From contig JAZURY010000025.1 of the NCBI GenBank assembly GCA_045606445.1, positions 12,982-76,981 of the forward strand: a DNA stretch of 64,000 bases. Reading direction: 5' to 3'. The stretch comes from Bacteroidaceae bacterium (GTDB lineage: Bacteria; Bacteroidota; Bacteroidia; Bacteroidales; Bacteroidaceae). Numbering within the stretch: position 1 is the stretch's first letter; each line of letters opens with the position of its first letter. The position numbers were made by a program, and so were the translations under genes. Under the pieces are notes generated by a model. The model searched no databases. It had not been told where the DNA came from and saw only the letters and a list, made by a program, of their open reading frames with translations. Of this stretch, positions 26,311 to 35,903 are shown in pieces.

Positions 26311-26355
26311 GTTAAATGTTAAGATTTGTTAACGGGGGGGGTACAGGCAATATTG
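26311..26355 (+). promoter_or_regulatory. Conserved upstream motif with G8 tract (pilus operon 1)
   Basis: GTTAAATGTTAAGATTTGTTAAC-G8(26334-26341)-TACAGGCAATATTG. The counterpart with G9 is at 40241-40280. Confidence 0.6.
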
Positions 26356-26381
26356 TTATGACTTCTCACAGATAAAAGCGC

Positions 26382-26389
26382 TACCTTTG
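26382..26389 (+). promoter_or_regulatory. -7 promoter box TACCTTTG for pilus operon 1
   Basis: Matches TAnnTTTG, 41 bp downstream of the G-tract and 95 bp before the start codon. Confidence 0.45.
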
Positions 26390-26483
26390 TAACGATATTT
26401 ACCCCTCCCATGTGGTAGTGTGTAGTATCAGAAAGATAAAAAGGTATCTGTAGAGGATAATATATTTTAGGGAGTCAATAGGG

Positions 26484-27734
26484 TTGAGAGCATTATTCGT
26501 TTTCTTCTTTTCGGTTATTTGTTTATGCTATCCATGCCATGCCCATGGCGTGACGGACAGTGTAAACAGCGACCGCTATGCCCTTTACTATTATTGCGAC
26601 CGTATAGACCTTCAGGAAGACTATCTTGACAATGCCCTGCAGATGGCACGTATCAGGGACATCCTTGCCCGTTCGCCACGCATAGACAGCATTGCCATTT
26701 ACGCCTATGCATCGCCCGAGGGTGCACCTCATCGCAACGATTGGCTTGCAAGGCGTCGTGCCGAGGTGGCACGCGACTTCATCCTTGCCAACCTGCCCAA
26801 CGACAGTGTACTGCTGCCACAGAACATCATCCTGCATCCTATGGGCGAGAACTGGGAAGGACTGTATGAGGAACTGGATGCCAACTACCATCTGATGAAC
26901 AGGGACCGTGTGATGAAAATCATGCGTGCTGACGTTCCCACAGAGACAAAGAAGTGGCGACTGAAGCAACTGGACAACGGTTTTACCTACAACTGGATAA
27001 TCCGCCATCACATGCCTGCCCTGCGTGTGGCCACTTGGCTGTGCGTGTACCAGCCCATACCGGAATTTGTGGCGGATACGATGCCCGACATTAGGGTGGA
27101 GATGCCCACCTTGCCTGCACTGGAACCCTTGCCGGTTACCGAGGTTTCATACAAGAAGAAGACCATTTTGGCTCTGAAGACCAATCTCCTGTACGACGCC
27201 CTTAGCCTGGTGAACTATTCCATAGAGGTGCCTATTGGCGACAGGTTCTCTGCACTATGGTACCATCAGTTTCCATGGTGGACATGGGGCGAGGCCGACA
27301 ACCAGTACTGCATCCGTTTCCTGAGCATAGGAGGCGAGGGACGTTGGTGGTTCAAACCCAAACCGCGTCCGCAGATGGGCAGGCGTGTGCAGCGCGACAG
27401 GCTGATGGGGCACTTTGTGGGCCTGTATGCCGAATCCGGCAAATGGGACTTCGAGTGGGGGCGTGACATCTGCCATCAGGGCGAGCACTGGAGCGTAGGC
27501 CTGAGTTACGGTTATTCCATGCCTTTGGGCCGTCGCTTCAACATGGAGTTCTCCGTGTCTGTAGGTTATGCTTCCATAGCCTATCGCAAGTTCGAGCCCA
27601 GCGAAGACTACGAAATCCTGTGGCGCGACCCCGTGAAGCACGGGCGCTGGCACTACTTCGGCCCCACCAAGTTGCAGGTATCCCTGGTGTATCCCATCCT
27701 GCTGACGACAAAGAAGAAGGGAGGCCGCAAATGA
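26484..27734 (+). CDS. Outer-membrane protein, DUF3868-like N-domain + DUF3575-like beta-barrel (lead gene of pilus operon 1)
   Basis: TTG start with signal peptide. YAYASPEGAPHRNDWLARRRAEVARDFI (OmpA_C-like pattern). The C-terminus shows amphipathic beta-strand patterns (GLSYGYSMPLGRRFNMEFSVSVGYA). Strong paralog of 40436-41713. Confidence 0.65.
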   Translation: MRALFVFFFSVICLCYPCHAHGVTDSVNSDRYALYYYCDRIDLQEDYLDNALQMARIRDILARSPRIDSIAIYAYASPEGAPHRNDWLARRRAEVARDFILANLPNDSVLLPQNIILHPMGENWEGLYEELDANYHLMNRDRVMKIMRADVPTETKKWRLKQLDNGFTYNWIIRHHMPALRVATWLCVYQPIPEFVADTMPDIRVEMPTLPALEPLPVTEVSYKKKTILALKTNLLYDALSLVNYSIEVPIGDRFSALWYHQFPWWTWGEADNQYCIRFLSIGGEGRWWFKPKPRPQMGRRVQRDRLMGHFVGLYAESGKWDFEWGRDICHQGEHWSVGLSYGYSMPLGRRFNMEFSVSVGYASIAYRKFEPSEDYEILWRDPVKHGRWHYFGPTKLQVSLVYPILLTTKKKGGRK

Positions 27735-28792
27735 GGATGAAACCCCTATATCCGCTGCTGTACGCATGCGCCATGGTCTTCTTGCTGCTTTCCTGCGAAC
27801 ACCGTCCGCTGGAGGACCCGGCAAATGCACACTATCTGCGCGTATACCTGGACGAAAACCTCAGGAATGTGACATTCGGATTCTATAACGAGCAGTACGA
27901 ACGTCCGAATTATTCCAGCCCCAGGGTGGTGCGTGCCGTGCTGGCCGATCCCCAGACAGGCAAGGTGGTGGCAGAGAGATATCTGCAGCGGCAGGGTACG
28001 GACGAGAACGGTTATTATATTGATGGCTACATCAATGCCCCTCCCGGCACATATAACCTGCTGGTATATAGTTATGGCGCCCCATATACTATGGTACGTA
28101 ACGAGAACGACTATTATACGATGCAGGCTTATACAAACCGCGCGAGCGACTACTACCACAAGTATATGCCGGAACTGATGCAGAGAATAGATGCCGGTTC
28201 CATCCGCCAGCAACCCGACCACATGTTCCACGAAATGATGGAGAACATTGTTGTAGGCAAAAGTCAGGGCGTGGACACCTTGCGCAATGCCAAAGGAGAG
28301 CACTTCAGGGCCCGCAGCATGGTGCGGAGTTACTACATACAGTTGAAGGTGAAGGGCATTGAATGGGCACGCTCGGCAGTTTCGGTGCTCAGCGGTATGG
28401 CAGGCTCTTCGTACATGCACAGATACGACGGCATGGCTGCTTCGGACCCGGCGTATGTGCTTTTCTCTCTGAAGCAGGCCAGCCGGAGCCGCTCTTCCGA
28501 TGGAGAAAGCACCACGGCAGTGCTCTATACCACATTCAGTACCTTCGGCAAACTGGCCGAGGAGAGAAATATGCTTACCGTAACCTTTGAGTTCTCCAAG
28601 GTAGACGGTACCACGCAGGTGGAGCAGGTGGATATAACGGATATGTTTGCTACGCCCATGGTGCGTGACAACCAATGGATATTGCTGGAGCACGAGGTGG
28701 AGATAGTCCCGCCGGACGATTCCGTAATAGGCGGAGGAATGACTCCCGGTGTGGACGACTGGACGGACATAGAATCAGATATATATTTATAA
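27731..28792 (+). CDS. Lipoprotein, DUF5119-like (FimB/Mfa2-position pilus component)
   Basis: ATGA overlap with the previous gene. Lipobox LLLSC followed by EHRPLEDP, as in the paralog's SCEHKDLCF. Confidence 0.6.
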   Translation: MRMKPLYPLLYACAMVFLLLSCEHRPLEDPANAHYLRVYLDENLRNVTFGFYNEQYERPNYSSPRVVRAVLADPQTGKVVAERYLQRQGTDENGYYIDGYINAPPGTYNLLVYSYGAPYTMVRNENDYYTMQAYTNRASDYYHKYMPELMQRIDAGSIRQQPDHMFHEMMENIVVGKSQGVDTLRNAKGEHFRARSMVRSYYIQLKVKGIEWARSAVSVLSGMAGSSYMHRYDGMAASDPAYVLFSLKQASRSRSSDGESTTAVLYTTFSTFGKLAEERNMLTVTFEFSKVDGTTQVEQVDITDMFATPMVRDNQWILLEHEVEIVPPDDSVIGGGMTPGVDDWTDIESDIYL

Positions 28793-28850
28793 GAGTAACA
28801 AATAACATTAATAACTTTAACCCAATTATTAACTTAACGTTTCATTTACT

Positions 28851-30029
28851 ATGAAAAAAAGAGTTTTGATTATTGCATTGGCAGGCGTTGCCTTGTCAAG
28901 TTGTGTGTCTGAACAGACGAATGATGCAGGTGAGGTTACAGGTCCCGTGAAGTTGACCTTCGACTCTCCCGTACTGATGAACAACTCTGGCACCAGAGCT
29001 AATTACTACGGCGAGGTGGGAAACCATACCTATGAAGGTTCAACCACCGTTTACAAGTATCCCAAGGAGGAGGACTTTACCATTTATGCAGTTCAGCACG
29101 ATGGAGATTTTGCAGGTTGGGCTTCTGCCCAGGCACACGCAATCAACGACACCCCCGTCAAGTACGACCAGAGCGTGGACGGTTGGGCACCCAAAACAGC
29201 AGAAAACGATTACTATTACTGGCCTGCTGGCAAGATGTCATTTGCCGCAAGTTCTCCTGCTGACTTGGAGTTGCCTGGCAGCGCTACGAGGACGTATGGC
29301 GCAAACGGTTTGACCATTACCGGTTTTGAAATACAGAGTAATGCCGCCAAGCACTACGACCTCTTGTTCAGCATCAGAACAACCAACAAGACTTCTGCCG
29401 ACATGCTCCAGGGTGCAAGCTACTACAGTGGTATTCCCATTCAGTTCCAGCATGCCCTTTCATCTGTCCGTTTCTCAATCCAGAACGAGACCGATGCAGA
29501 CGTCGTTTTGAAGGAAATCAAGGTCTATGGTGTGAAGTACAAGGGTGATTTCGCTGAAAACCTGGTAGAAAACACTTCCGACTATTCTCAGTACGAAAGA
29601 GGAACCAATGTTGACCCCAAATGGACTCTGGACAGTGATATTATAGATGAGGCAAATGGCTATGTGGGATTCCATGGCAGCGTAGGGTTCCCGCTCTCTG
29701 CCCAGTATGTGGCTTCGCTTGCCGCAAGCGATACGGATGCTGCCGATGAGAACGAGGAATCACACCAGTTGCTGCTGATGCCTCAGGAACTGACCGACGA
29801 TGCATGCGTGAAGGTAACCTACACCGTTAATGGTAATCAGCACAGCAAGATAGCCAAATTCAATGAGTGGAAGGACCTTTCCAATAACGACGTGGACGAA
29901 TGGAAGATGGGTGTACGCTACACCTACCGTCTGGTGTATAGCCAGGGTACTGCCGATAAGGATAAGATCTACTTCTCTCCCAGCACTGACCAGTGGGTGG
30001 AGCATGATGTTGTCGTAATAGAATTGTAA
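28851..30029 (+). CDS. Fimbrillin-family lipoprotein (type V pilin, candidate major subunit of operon 1)
   Basis: Lipobox LAGVALSSC. QFQHALSSVRFSIQNE is the conserved FxHxxSxxxF fimbrillin strand. Confidence 0.7.
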   Translation: MKKRVLIIALAGVALSSCVSEQTNDAGEVTGPVKLTFDSPVLMNNSGTRANYYGEVGNHTYEGSTTVYKYPKEEDFTIYAVQHDGDFAGWASAQAHAINDTPVKYDQSVDGWAPKTAENDYYYWPAGKMSFAASSPADLELPGSATRTYGANGLTITGFEIQSNAAKHYDLLFSIRTTNKTSADMLQGASYYSGIPIQFQHALSSVRFSIQNETDADVVLKEIKVYGVKYKGDFAENLVENTSDYSQYERGTNVDPKWTLDSDIIDEANGYVGFHGSVGFPLSAQYVASLAASDTDAADENEESHQLLLMPQELTDDACVKVTYTVNGNQHSKIAKFNEWKDLSNNDVDEWKMGVRYTYRLVYSQGTADKDKIYFSPSTDQWVEHDVVVIEL

Positions 30030-30056
30030 TAGATTTTGTAAAACGAATATCAAATT

Positions 30057-30090
30057 CCCCGGATGCGGGTTCCAGAGCCTGCATCCGGGG
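30057..30090 (+). terminator. 10-bp GC hairpin after the first fimbrillin gene (possible attenuator, no T-run)
   Basis: CCCCGGATGC-N14-GCATCCGGGG. Confidence 0.4.
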
Positions 30091-30125
30091 ATGACTGAGA
30101 GTCGGAAGTTCAGTTTGTAGTGTAC

Positions 30126-31226
30126 ATGATTTCCCAAGTGCGCAATACCATACGCAGGGTGCTATGCCTGTCGGTGCTGCCTGCCTTGTTGCAGGCATGC
30201 AGCGAAGGGGCGGAAACTCCTGTGCCACAACCGGAGGGTCCTGCCATAAGGTGGGGCGTCTGTTCGGATGAGGTTCAGGTGACCAGGGCATTGGTGGACG
30301 ACAATGTGTTGCGCACTTCATGCACCCCCGATGCACACGGGAATTGTGAGAGCATCGGAGTTTGGGGACAATACGCCATTGACGAGGGGGGGCAGACGAA
30401 TGTCTACTCCGAATTCGTGGCAACACCTCTGACCTATGCGCGCAAGTCGGTGGACTCCAATCCGTACAACGAATGGAACTATCCTGGCGAAGCACGCATG
30501 TGGCAGATTGGAGGCAGATATGACTTCAGGGCATGCTATCCACAGGCGCTGATGACAAGTCTGATGACCCAAATGGATGCCACCATAATACAGGGAGGTC
30601 CGGTCAATACCTCCGTGATACAGACGGACATGCTGGTGACCGCCACACACGTGGATACACGTACGGATGTGCTTTCGGGACCTGTGAACCTGAATATGCA
30701 GCATGTCTTTTCTGCCCTGAGGTTCAAAGTTAGGGCAGAGGATGGCTATACCCCTCCGGATGGAGATGGGATAACGTCATGCTGGTTGCAGAATACGGGC
30801 GAAGGCACGGACCTGTTCTCGCCTTCCGGATATCTTGTCCATTCCGGGAACAAGGATCCTAAAATAACATGGTACACCTACGAATCTGTGTCGACACCCA
30901 TGTACAGATGGGAAAACATAGGTGTCGGTTTCATGACAGAAGGTATATTGTACACGTCTAACGGAACGACTGCAGGTATAGAATACACCGGCAACAACGG
31001 ATGGCTGTTGGTTGTCCCGCAGACAGTAAGGCAGGGTACGTTGCAGTTCTGCTACACCCTGAAGAGTTCCGGCGAGCAGGTGTTCAGCGTGGATATTCCT
31101 GCCATCACCTATGAGCACGGCATGCGCTACACCTATGTACTGGTTATAGACGGTGCCGAGGTGACGCTGAAACTGGGTATAGCCAAGTGGAACCAACTGG
31201 ATTCCGTCTACGATATCGTCTTATAG
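30126..31226 (+). CDS. Fimbrillin-family lipoprotein
   Basis: Lipobox LLQAC. NMQHVFSALRFKVRAE motif. Contains a G7 tract at 30386-30392. Confidence 0.65.
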   Translation: MISQVRNTIRRVLCLSVLPALLQACSEGAETPVPQPEGPAIRWGVCSDEVQVTRALVDDNVLRTSCTPDAHGNCESIGVWGQYAIDEGGQTNVYSEFVATPLTYARKSVDSNPYNEWNYPGEARMWQIGGRYDFRACYPQALMTSLMTQMDATIIQGGPVNTSVIQTDMLVTATHVDTRTDVLSGPVNLNMQHVFSALRFKVRAEDGYTPPDGDGITSCWLQNTGEGTDLFSPSGYLVHSGNKDPKITWYTYESVSTPMYRWENIGVGFMTEGILYTSNGTTAGIEYTGNNGWLLVVPQTVRQGTLQFCYTLKSSGEQVFSVDIPAITYEHGMRYTYVLVIDGAEVTLKLGIAKWNQLDSVYDIVL

Positions 31227-31240
31227 AACATTATAGAAGA

Positions 31241-32779
31241 ATGAAGTACAGGTTGATGCTCCTTTACGTCTTGTGTGTGATGCTGCTTATGGGCGGCTGT
31301 GCCGAACTTGCTCCAGAAACGGATGTGGAGCAGGGTACTTCACTGACGTTAATGCTCAGGAATGGGGACATCCGTCTGGAAAAAACAAGGGGCGTGGAGG
31401 ATCTGGACGATGACGGCGAGGTGTCGCAACTGGAAGAGGTGGTAGATGGCAGGCGGATGTACCGTTTGGCGGTTTTCCTGGTAAGCGACGGAACCGTAGT
31501 GGCATCGGAAGTGCTTGAGGCTGGTGATTCCCGTTTTAGTCTCGGATGTACTGAGGCTACGGTCAGTTTCAACAAACTGGACTATAGCAGGAACTATCAG
31601 TTGTATGCCGTGGCCAACTATGGAGAATACGATGCCTCGACGGCAGGACATCTGGCTGACATCGCGGACGTAACGGAAAGGATCAGTATTGCGTCTTCTT
31701 CCTCCGGCTTGTGTGCCAAGGGAACTCCATACCCGCTGTCTTTAAAAAAAGACATTGTCCTGAAACCGGGTGTCAATACGGTATCGGGGGAGTTGGTGAG
31801 GACTTACGCGCGCATACGTATTAATATAAGGAATCAAAGCCGGTCGGATTTGGAGATAACCAAGTTGCAGTTTGCCGGCAAGTTCACACAGAGTACGGTG
31901 GATTTGTTTGATGAGGGAGGAGTTGCCGATGTAATGCCATCGGTTACATCGGACGATGCAGTTACGCCGTTCGTACAGAATACTGTTGTTGCAGGAATAG
32001 GGGAGGACAATAGCGTTGCGGAGGCAACGGTCTTTGATGCCTACATGCTTGAAAGCAACGGAGGGACATATCAGTACACACTGGGAGTAAAGTATAGCGG
32101 AGGCGTGTCGGAAACATATTATTCGGTGGCAAGCAGTTACATAACAAATCCGAACGATGTGGAGGATGGCGGACTCTATGTAATATACAATGCCAATGCC
32201 GGACGCTATCTTTATGACAATGGTTCGGATGCATTGGCATCTGCGGAATCTCATATGTCAGATGGAGAACTGGACCACAACTGTGTGTGGAGGTTTGTAA
32301 GGACAAACGGAAATAGTTACAGGATAGAGTCTGTGGGAAGAAGCGGATACACTATCAATAGTTCGGGAGTAAAGAACAATACCGTGCCGATGGTGAGTGT
32401 TGCAGGAAGTACGGACTATTTCACATTGTCCCAGACAGGTTCCTACATGAGATACATGCTGCTGAGGTCTACGTCCAGCAGTTACTATCTTGCAGTCAAC
32501 AATGGCGGTACGCCTATAGGCGCTACGTCGGGAAACAGCAGGCGTTTCCGCCTGTACAGGGTAACTGCCTCAACGGAGAGCAGTGATGTGAAGCATGAGG
32601 CAGACATACCGATAACGACGGTAGACAAGAAAACCGGCGAGTCCGTTCCTATGCAGAGACTGAACAGAAACGATTTCGTGAATATACTGGTGAATGTCTC
32701 CTATAATGATAAGAGCGGTGAGGTGGAGTTCGAAGTTTCGGATTGGAATGAAGTAGATGGTGAGGTGACGTTTGAGTGA
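31241..32779 (+). CDS. Pilus-associated lipoprotein with a beta-trefoil-like (ricin-B/CBM13-like) insertion
   Basis: Lipobox LLMGGC. Residues around GGLYVIYNANAGRYLYDNG...CVWRF / YRIESVGRSGYTINSSG...DYFTL / SSYYLAVNNGGTPIG...RRFRLYRV form three pseudo-repeats. Confidence 0.5.
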   Translation: MKYRLMLLYVLCVMLLMGGCAELAPETDVEQGTSLTLMLRNGDIRLEKTRGVEDLDDDGEVSQLEEVVDGRRMYRLAVFLVSDGTVVASEVLEAGDSRFSLGCTEATVSFNKLDYSRNYQLYAVANYGEYDASTAGHLADIADVTERISIASSSSGLCAKGTPYPLSLKKDIVLKPGVNTVSGELVRTYARIRINIRNQSRSDLEITKLQFAGKFTQSTVDLFDEGGVADVMPSVTSDDAVTPFVQNTVVAGIGEDNSVAEATVFDAYMLESNGGTYQYTLGVKYSGGVSETYYSVASSYITNPNDVEDGGLYVIYNANAGRYLYDNGSDALASAESHMSDGELDHNCVWRFVRTNGNSYRIESVGRSGYTINSSGVKNNTVPMVSVAGSTDYFTLSQTGSYMRYMLLRSTSSSYYLAVNNGGTPIGATSGNSRRFRLYRVTASTESSDVKHEADIPITTVDKKTGESVPMQRLNRNDFVNILVNVSYNDKSGEVEFEVSDWNEVDGEVTFE

Positions 32780-32789
32780 GAGGGATTAT

Positions 32790-35700
32790 ATGATGAAAGA
32801 CTGGATACGTATATTGGGCATATTGCTTCTGGCATGCATCTTTCCGGTAGCCTGTACAGAGGATGAACTCGTGTCGCCTGCAAATGTAGGTGACAAGGAG
32901 GTGGTGGTGGCGCTTCCTTTTGGTTCTGTAGAGCATGAGAAAATCCAAATCACGACACGCAGTACCTATGATATTCACTATGAGTCTATGGTGCGGAATA
33001 TGTACGTCTATCTTTTTGCTGACGGCAGAAAGGTATATGGACGCTATTTCGATGCCGACGACCTGGACCAGACAGGCAATAAGGAGTATTGGGAGGTGGA
33101 CAATATGCCGTCGGACGGAAGTTCCGGACAAACGCATGGAACCTTGCACCTTTGCGTCCCTACCGTTTCCGGAGGCGGCGCGGAGATAGTCCTTGTGGCC
33201 AATATCGACCTGGACTTTATGAACTTGTCAGAGGACCGCTTGGGACTGGTACGCAGCAAGGAAGAGTTGAACAGTCTGTTGGTGTCTTTGAACCAGGACT
33301 TGCCCGAGCGCAATGCAGGATACTTTATGATGACCGGCAGCAGAAGCGGTGTGGGCATATCAGAGGATGGTACTATCACGGTGCCTGACGGCAGGATAAT
33401 GCTGGAACGGCTGGATGCCAAGGTCCAGGTTAATGTGAGGGTAAACCCTACGGAGGAGAGCGATAACCAGAGGGTTGAGGCTTTTAGCCCGGAGTCGTGG
33501 CAGGTGATAAACCTGCCTAAGACTTGCTTGCTTATGCCAAGCAACGGCGGAGCGCAACCTTCAGAGGACGGTTTCTTCAATACCAACCCCAAAAACTTTG
33601 AAACCACAGAGAACGAGGAGGTGAATGGCAATCCTACGGGTGGTGTGCTACACGGCTTTTCGTTCTACACATTGGAGAATCTGAAGTCGGCCTACAGGAA
33701 AAAAAGCGTGGGTGGCAATTATCATAACCGGGACAGACGCATAAAGTACACAGATGATCCAGAGGCAGAAAATTACGGCCAATATAATACAGAGGGAGGC
33801 ATGTGGGAATATGCTCCGGAGCAGGCTACGTATATCATAATCAAGGGCGAGTTGAAGATGGTGGTGGATCCGGGCCTGACCACCGAGCAACACCTTATTG
33901 CAGATGTGACATACGTGGTGCATCTCGGTGATTTCGCCACCGACAAGGACAATTACGACGTGTGCCGAAATACTCACTACAAATACACCGTCAACATAAA
34001 GGGTGTGGACAAGATTGAGGTGGAGGTGGAGACCTCCAACGACAATACTGCCGGTATTGACGAGGACCAACCTGGTGCCATGGGGCACCTCTACGAGGCA
34101 GAGGAGGATATATACACATTCGATGCCCACTATGGCCAGCGCGTATATACTATCAAGGCCAGTGAGGTGGATGTGGAGAACATGACCTGGTATGTGCGAA
34201 CTCCTTTCGGCAGAGAGGGCGTGCCCATGAAGGATGCTTTAGGACAGGAGATATACAACGACCTGGATTACAAATGGGTGGAGTTCATGCTCAACGAGAT
34301 GGAGGATGGCGGACTCTATAGTGAAGGATGCCAGAGATACCCTGCGGACAAAAGCAGGCTGAAGACGGTCATCGACGTACTGGCGACAATAAAGGCGGAG
34401 ACTTTGAAGTGGAGGGCAGGCGAACCAAGTCTGTACGACAACAACGGAGAGATGAAACTGACCGTCTTCGTGGACGAATTCTATTACTACACCAATCCCA
34501 TGAATCCCGACGACTCGGACATCCTGTGGAAGAAATTTGCCAACCAGCCTAACCGCCTGATGCACATCCTGTGCAAGAACCAGCGAAGCAAGGACGGGGA
34601 CAGTTCCCTCACGGGCAGCATCCTTACCATCAGACAGCGCTCCATCCAGACTCCGTACAACATAAACATGTCCAGGACCGACTTGAATCAGGCATGGGGA
34701 TGCGAAACGGAGGACGAAACATATAACATAGGATGGTTCTATCACTCGGACGAGAGGATGAACTCCGGAGCAACATACAAGATAACGTCATACACTCCGG
34801 ACAATACCTCCAAGTCAGATGGCCTCTACAATACGGCCTGCCTGCTGAATCTGGTAATGGGTGTTGGCAACGGCAAGACGGTGAATTCTGGCTTGCGCTG
34901 GGATACTTTTATCGACTATTCCGGTTCTGAACCTCAGTTGAAGGGTATTTACAGGGCAGGTTTGTATTCTGTGCTTTTGCGCAATAGGGACACGGACGGT
35001 GACGGCATAATTGACCCAGAGGAACTGCGTTGGTATATCGCATCGTTGGATCAGTTATGCGGATTGTTCCTGGGCGACCAGGGACTTAGTTCGGAAGCCC
35101 AGCTGTATCCAATCGAGGCCAGCAGAGAACCAAATACGCCAGTCGTGGGTGGCGCATTTGACGGTGTGTATCCCTGGCGCCTGCATGTGGTAAGCAGTAC
35201 GGCAAATGGGCAGGTGGCAGGAAACATGCCTGTTATAGTGTGGGCAGAAGAGGGTGCTTCTACAGGCGAATATCAGTCGCATTACAACAAACCGGCCTAT
35301 TCCCCGGTACGTTGTGTACGAAATCTTGGTATGAAACTTCCTTCGTCTTCCAGCATTGTTTCACCTGGCATGAATTATCCGGAAGATGAACTGGTGATTG
35401 CGGAGGAAACCACAGGTACGCTAAATGCCAATTCCGTTTATCGTTTCGATTTCAGAAACATGAACGAGGAGTCCTTGCGTTATTACACCACACGCGAACT
35501 GGTGCCTGGCGACGAGTACTCGGTGATGAGCCGCCTGTACTATGGATTCGAGACAGGACCGTTAAGCACCAATTATCCCATAGGAAACAATGCCTCTCCC
35601 TATATAGCCCTGAAAGGAAATCTGGAGAACGGCATTACGCATGCTCCCGAGGCAGGTTACCGTATCCCAAATATTCGCGAGGGTGTGGTGATGCAGTTGT

Positions 35701-35903
35701 ACTGTGGCAGTAACACCAACTGGTGGGGCGGTAGCGGTTCGTTGGTTGGCAGTTACTATTCATTCGGTTACTATGGTAACCAGTACGACCGCTCCGGCAC
35801 CTCCCATTTCTATTCTTGGTTCATCTATCGCGACCGTGTCACCTTGGGTAGCGTAGGCGAAAGCATAAGCCGAGTGCGCTACGTCAAGGACTGGCTCCCG
35901 TAG
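32790..35903 (+). CDS. Large (1037 aa) terminal lipoprotein of pilus operon 1, function unknown
   Basis: Signal and lipobox LLLACIFPVAC. Long ORF with normal coding bias. Its 3' end overlaps the convergent glxK by 25 nt. Confidence 0.6.
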   Translation: MMKDWIRILGILLLACIFPVACTEDELVSPANVGDKEVVVALPFGSVEHEKIQITTRSTYDIHYESMVRNMYVYLFADGRKVYGRYFDADDLDQTGNKEYWEVDNMPSDGSSGQTHGTLHLCVPTVSGGGAEIVLVANIDLDFMNLSEDRLGLVRSKEELNSLLVSLNQDLPERNAGYFMMTGSRSGVGISEDGTITVPDGRIMLERLDAKVQVNVRVNPTEESDNQRVEAFSPESWQVINLPKTCLLMPSNGGAQPSEDGFFNTNPKNFETTENEEVNGNPTGGVLHGFSFYTLENLKSAYRKKSVGGNYHNRDRRIKYTDDPEAENYGQYNTEGGMWEYAPEQATYIIIKGELKMVVDPGLTTEQHLIADVTYVVHLGDFATDKDNYDVCRNTHYKYTVNIKGVDKIEVEVETSNDNTAGIDEDQPGAMGHLYEAEEDIYTFDAHYGQRVYTIKASEVDVENMTWYVRTPFGREGVPMKDALGQEIYNDLDYKWVEFMLNEMEDGGLYSEGCQRYPADKSRLKTVIDVLATIKAETLKWRAGEPSLYDNNGEMKLTVFVDEFYYYTNPMNPDDSDILWKKFANQPNRLMHILCKNQRSKDGDSSLTGSILTIRQRSIQTPYNINMSRTDLNQAWGCETEDETYNIGWFYHSDERMNSGATYKITSYTPDNTSKSDGLYNTACLLNLVMGVGNGKTVNSGLRWDTFIDYSGSEPQLKGIYRAGLYSVLLRNRDTDGDGIIDPEELRWYIASLDQLCGLFLGDQGLSSEAQLYPIEASREPNTPVVGGAFDGVYPWRLHVVSSTANGQVAGNMPVIVWAEEGASTGEYQSHYNKPAYSPVRCVRNLGMKLPSSSSIVSPGMNYPEDELVIAEETTGTLNANSVYRFDFRNMNEESLRYYTTRELVPGDEYSVMSRLYYGFETGPLSTNYPIGNNASPYIALKGNLENGITHAPEAGYRIPNIREGVVMQLYCGSNTNWWGGSGSLVGSYYSFGYYGNQYDRSGTSHFYSWFIYRDRVTLGSVGESISRVRYVKDWLP

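Noticed and set aside
28854-33705. A7 tracts in pilus genes (28854-28860, 31744-31750, 33699-33705) as phase-variation sites
   Set aside because: They encode ordinary KK dipeptides, and A7 runs are frequent in genomes of this composition. Only the G7, G8 and G9 tracts seemed unusual enough to report.
35879-35903. 25-nt convergent overlap of the pilus-operon giant gene and glxK
   Set aside because: Short 3'-3' overlaps are common and need no special explanation. There is no conserved structure in the overlap.
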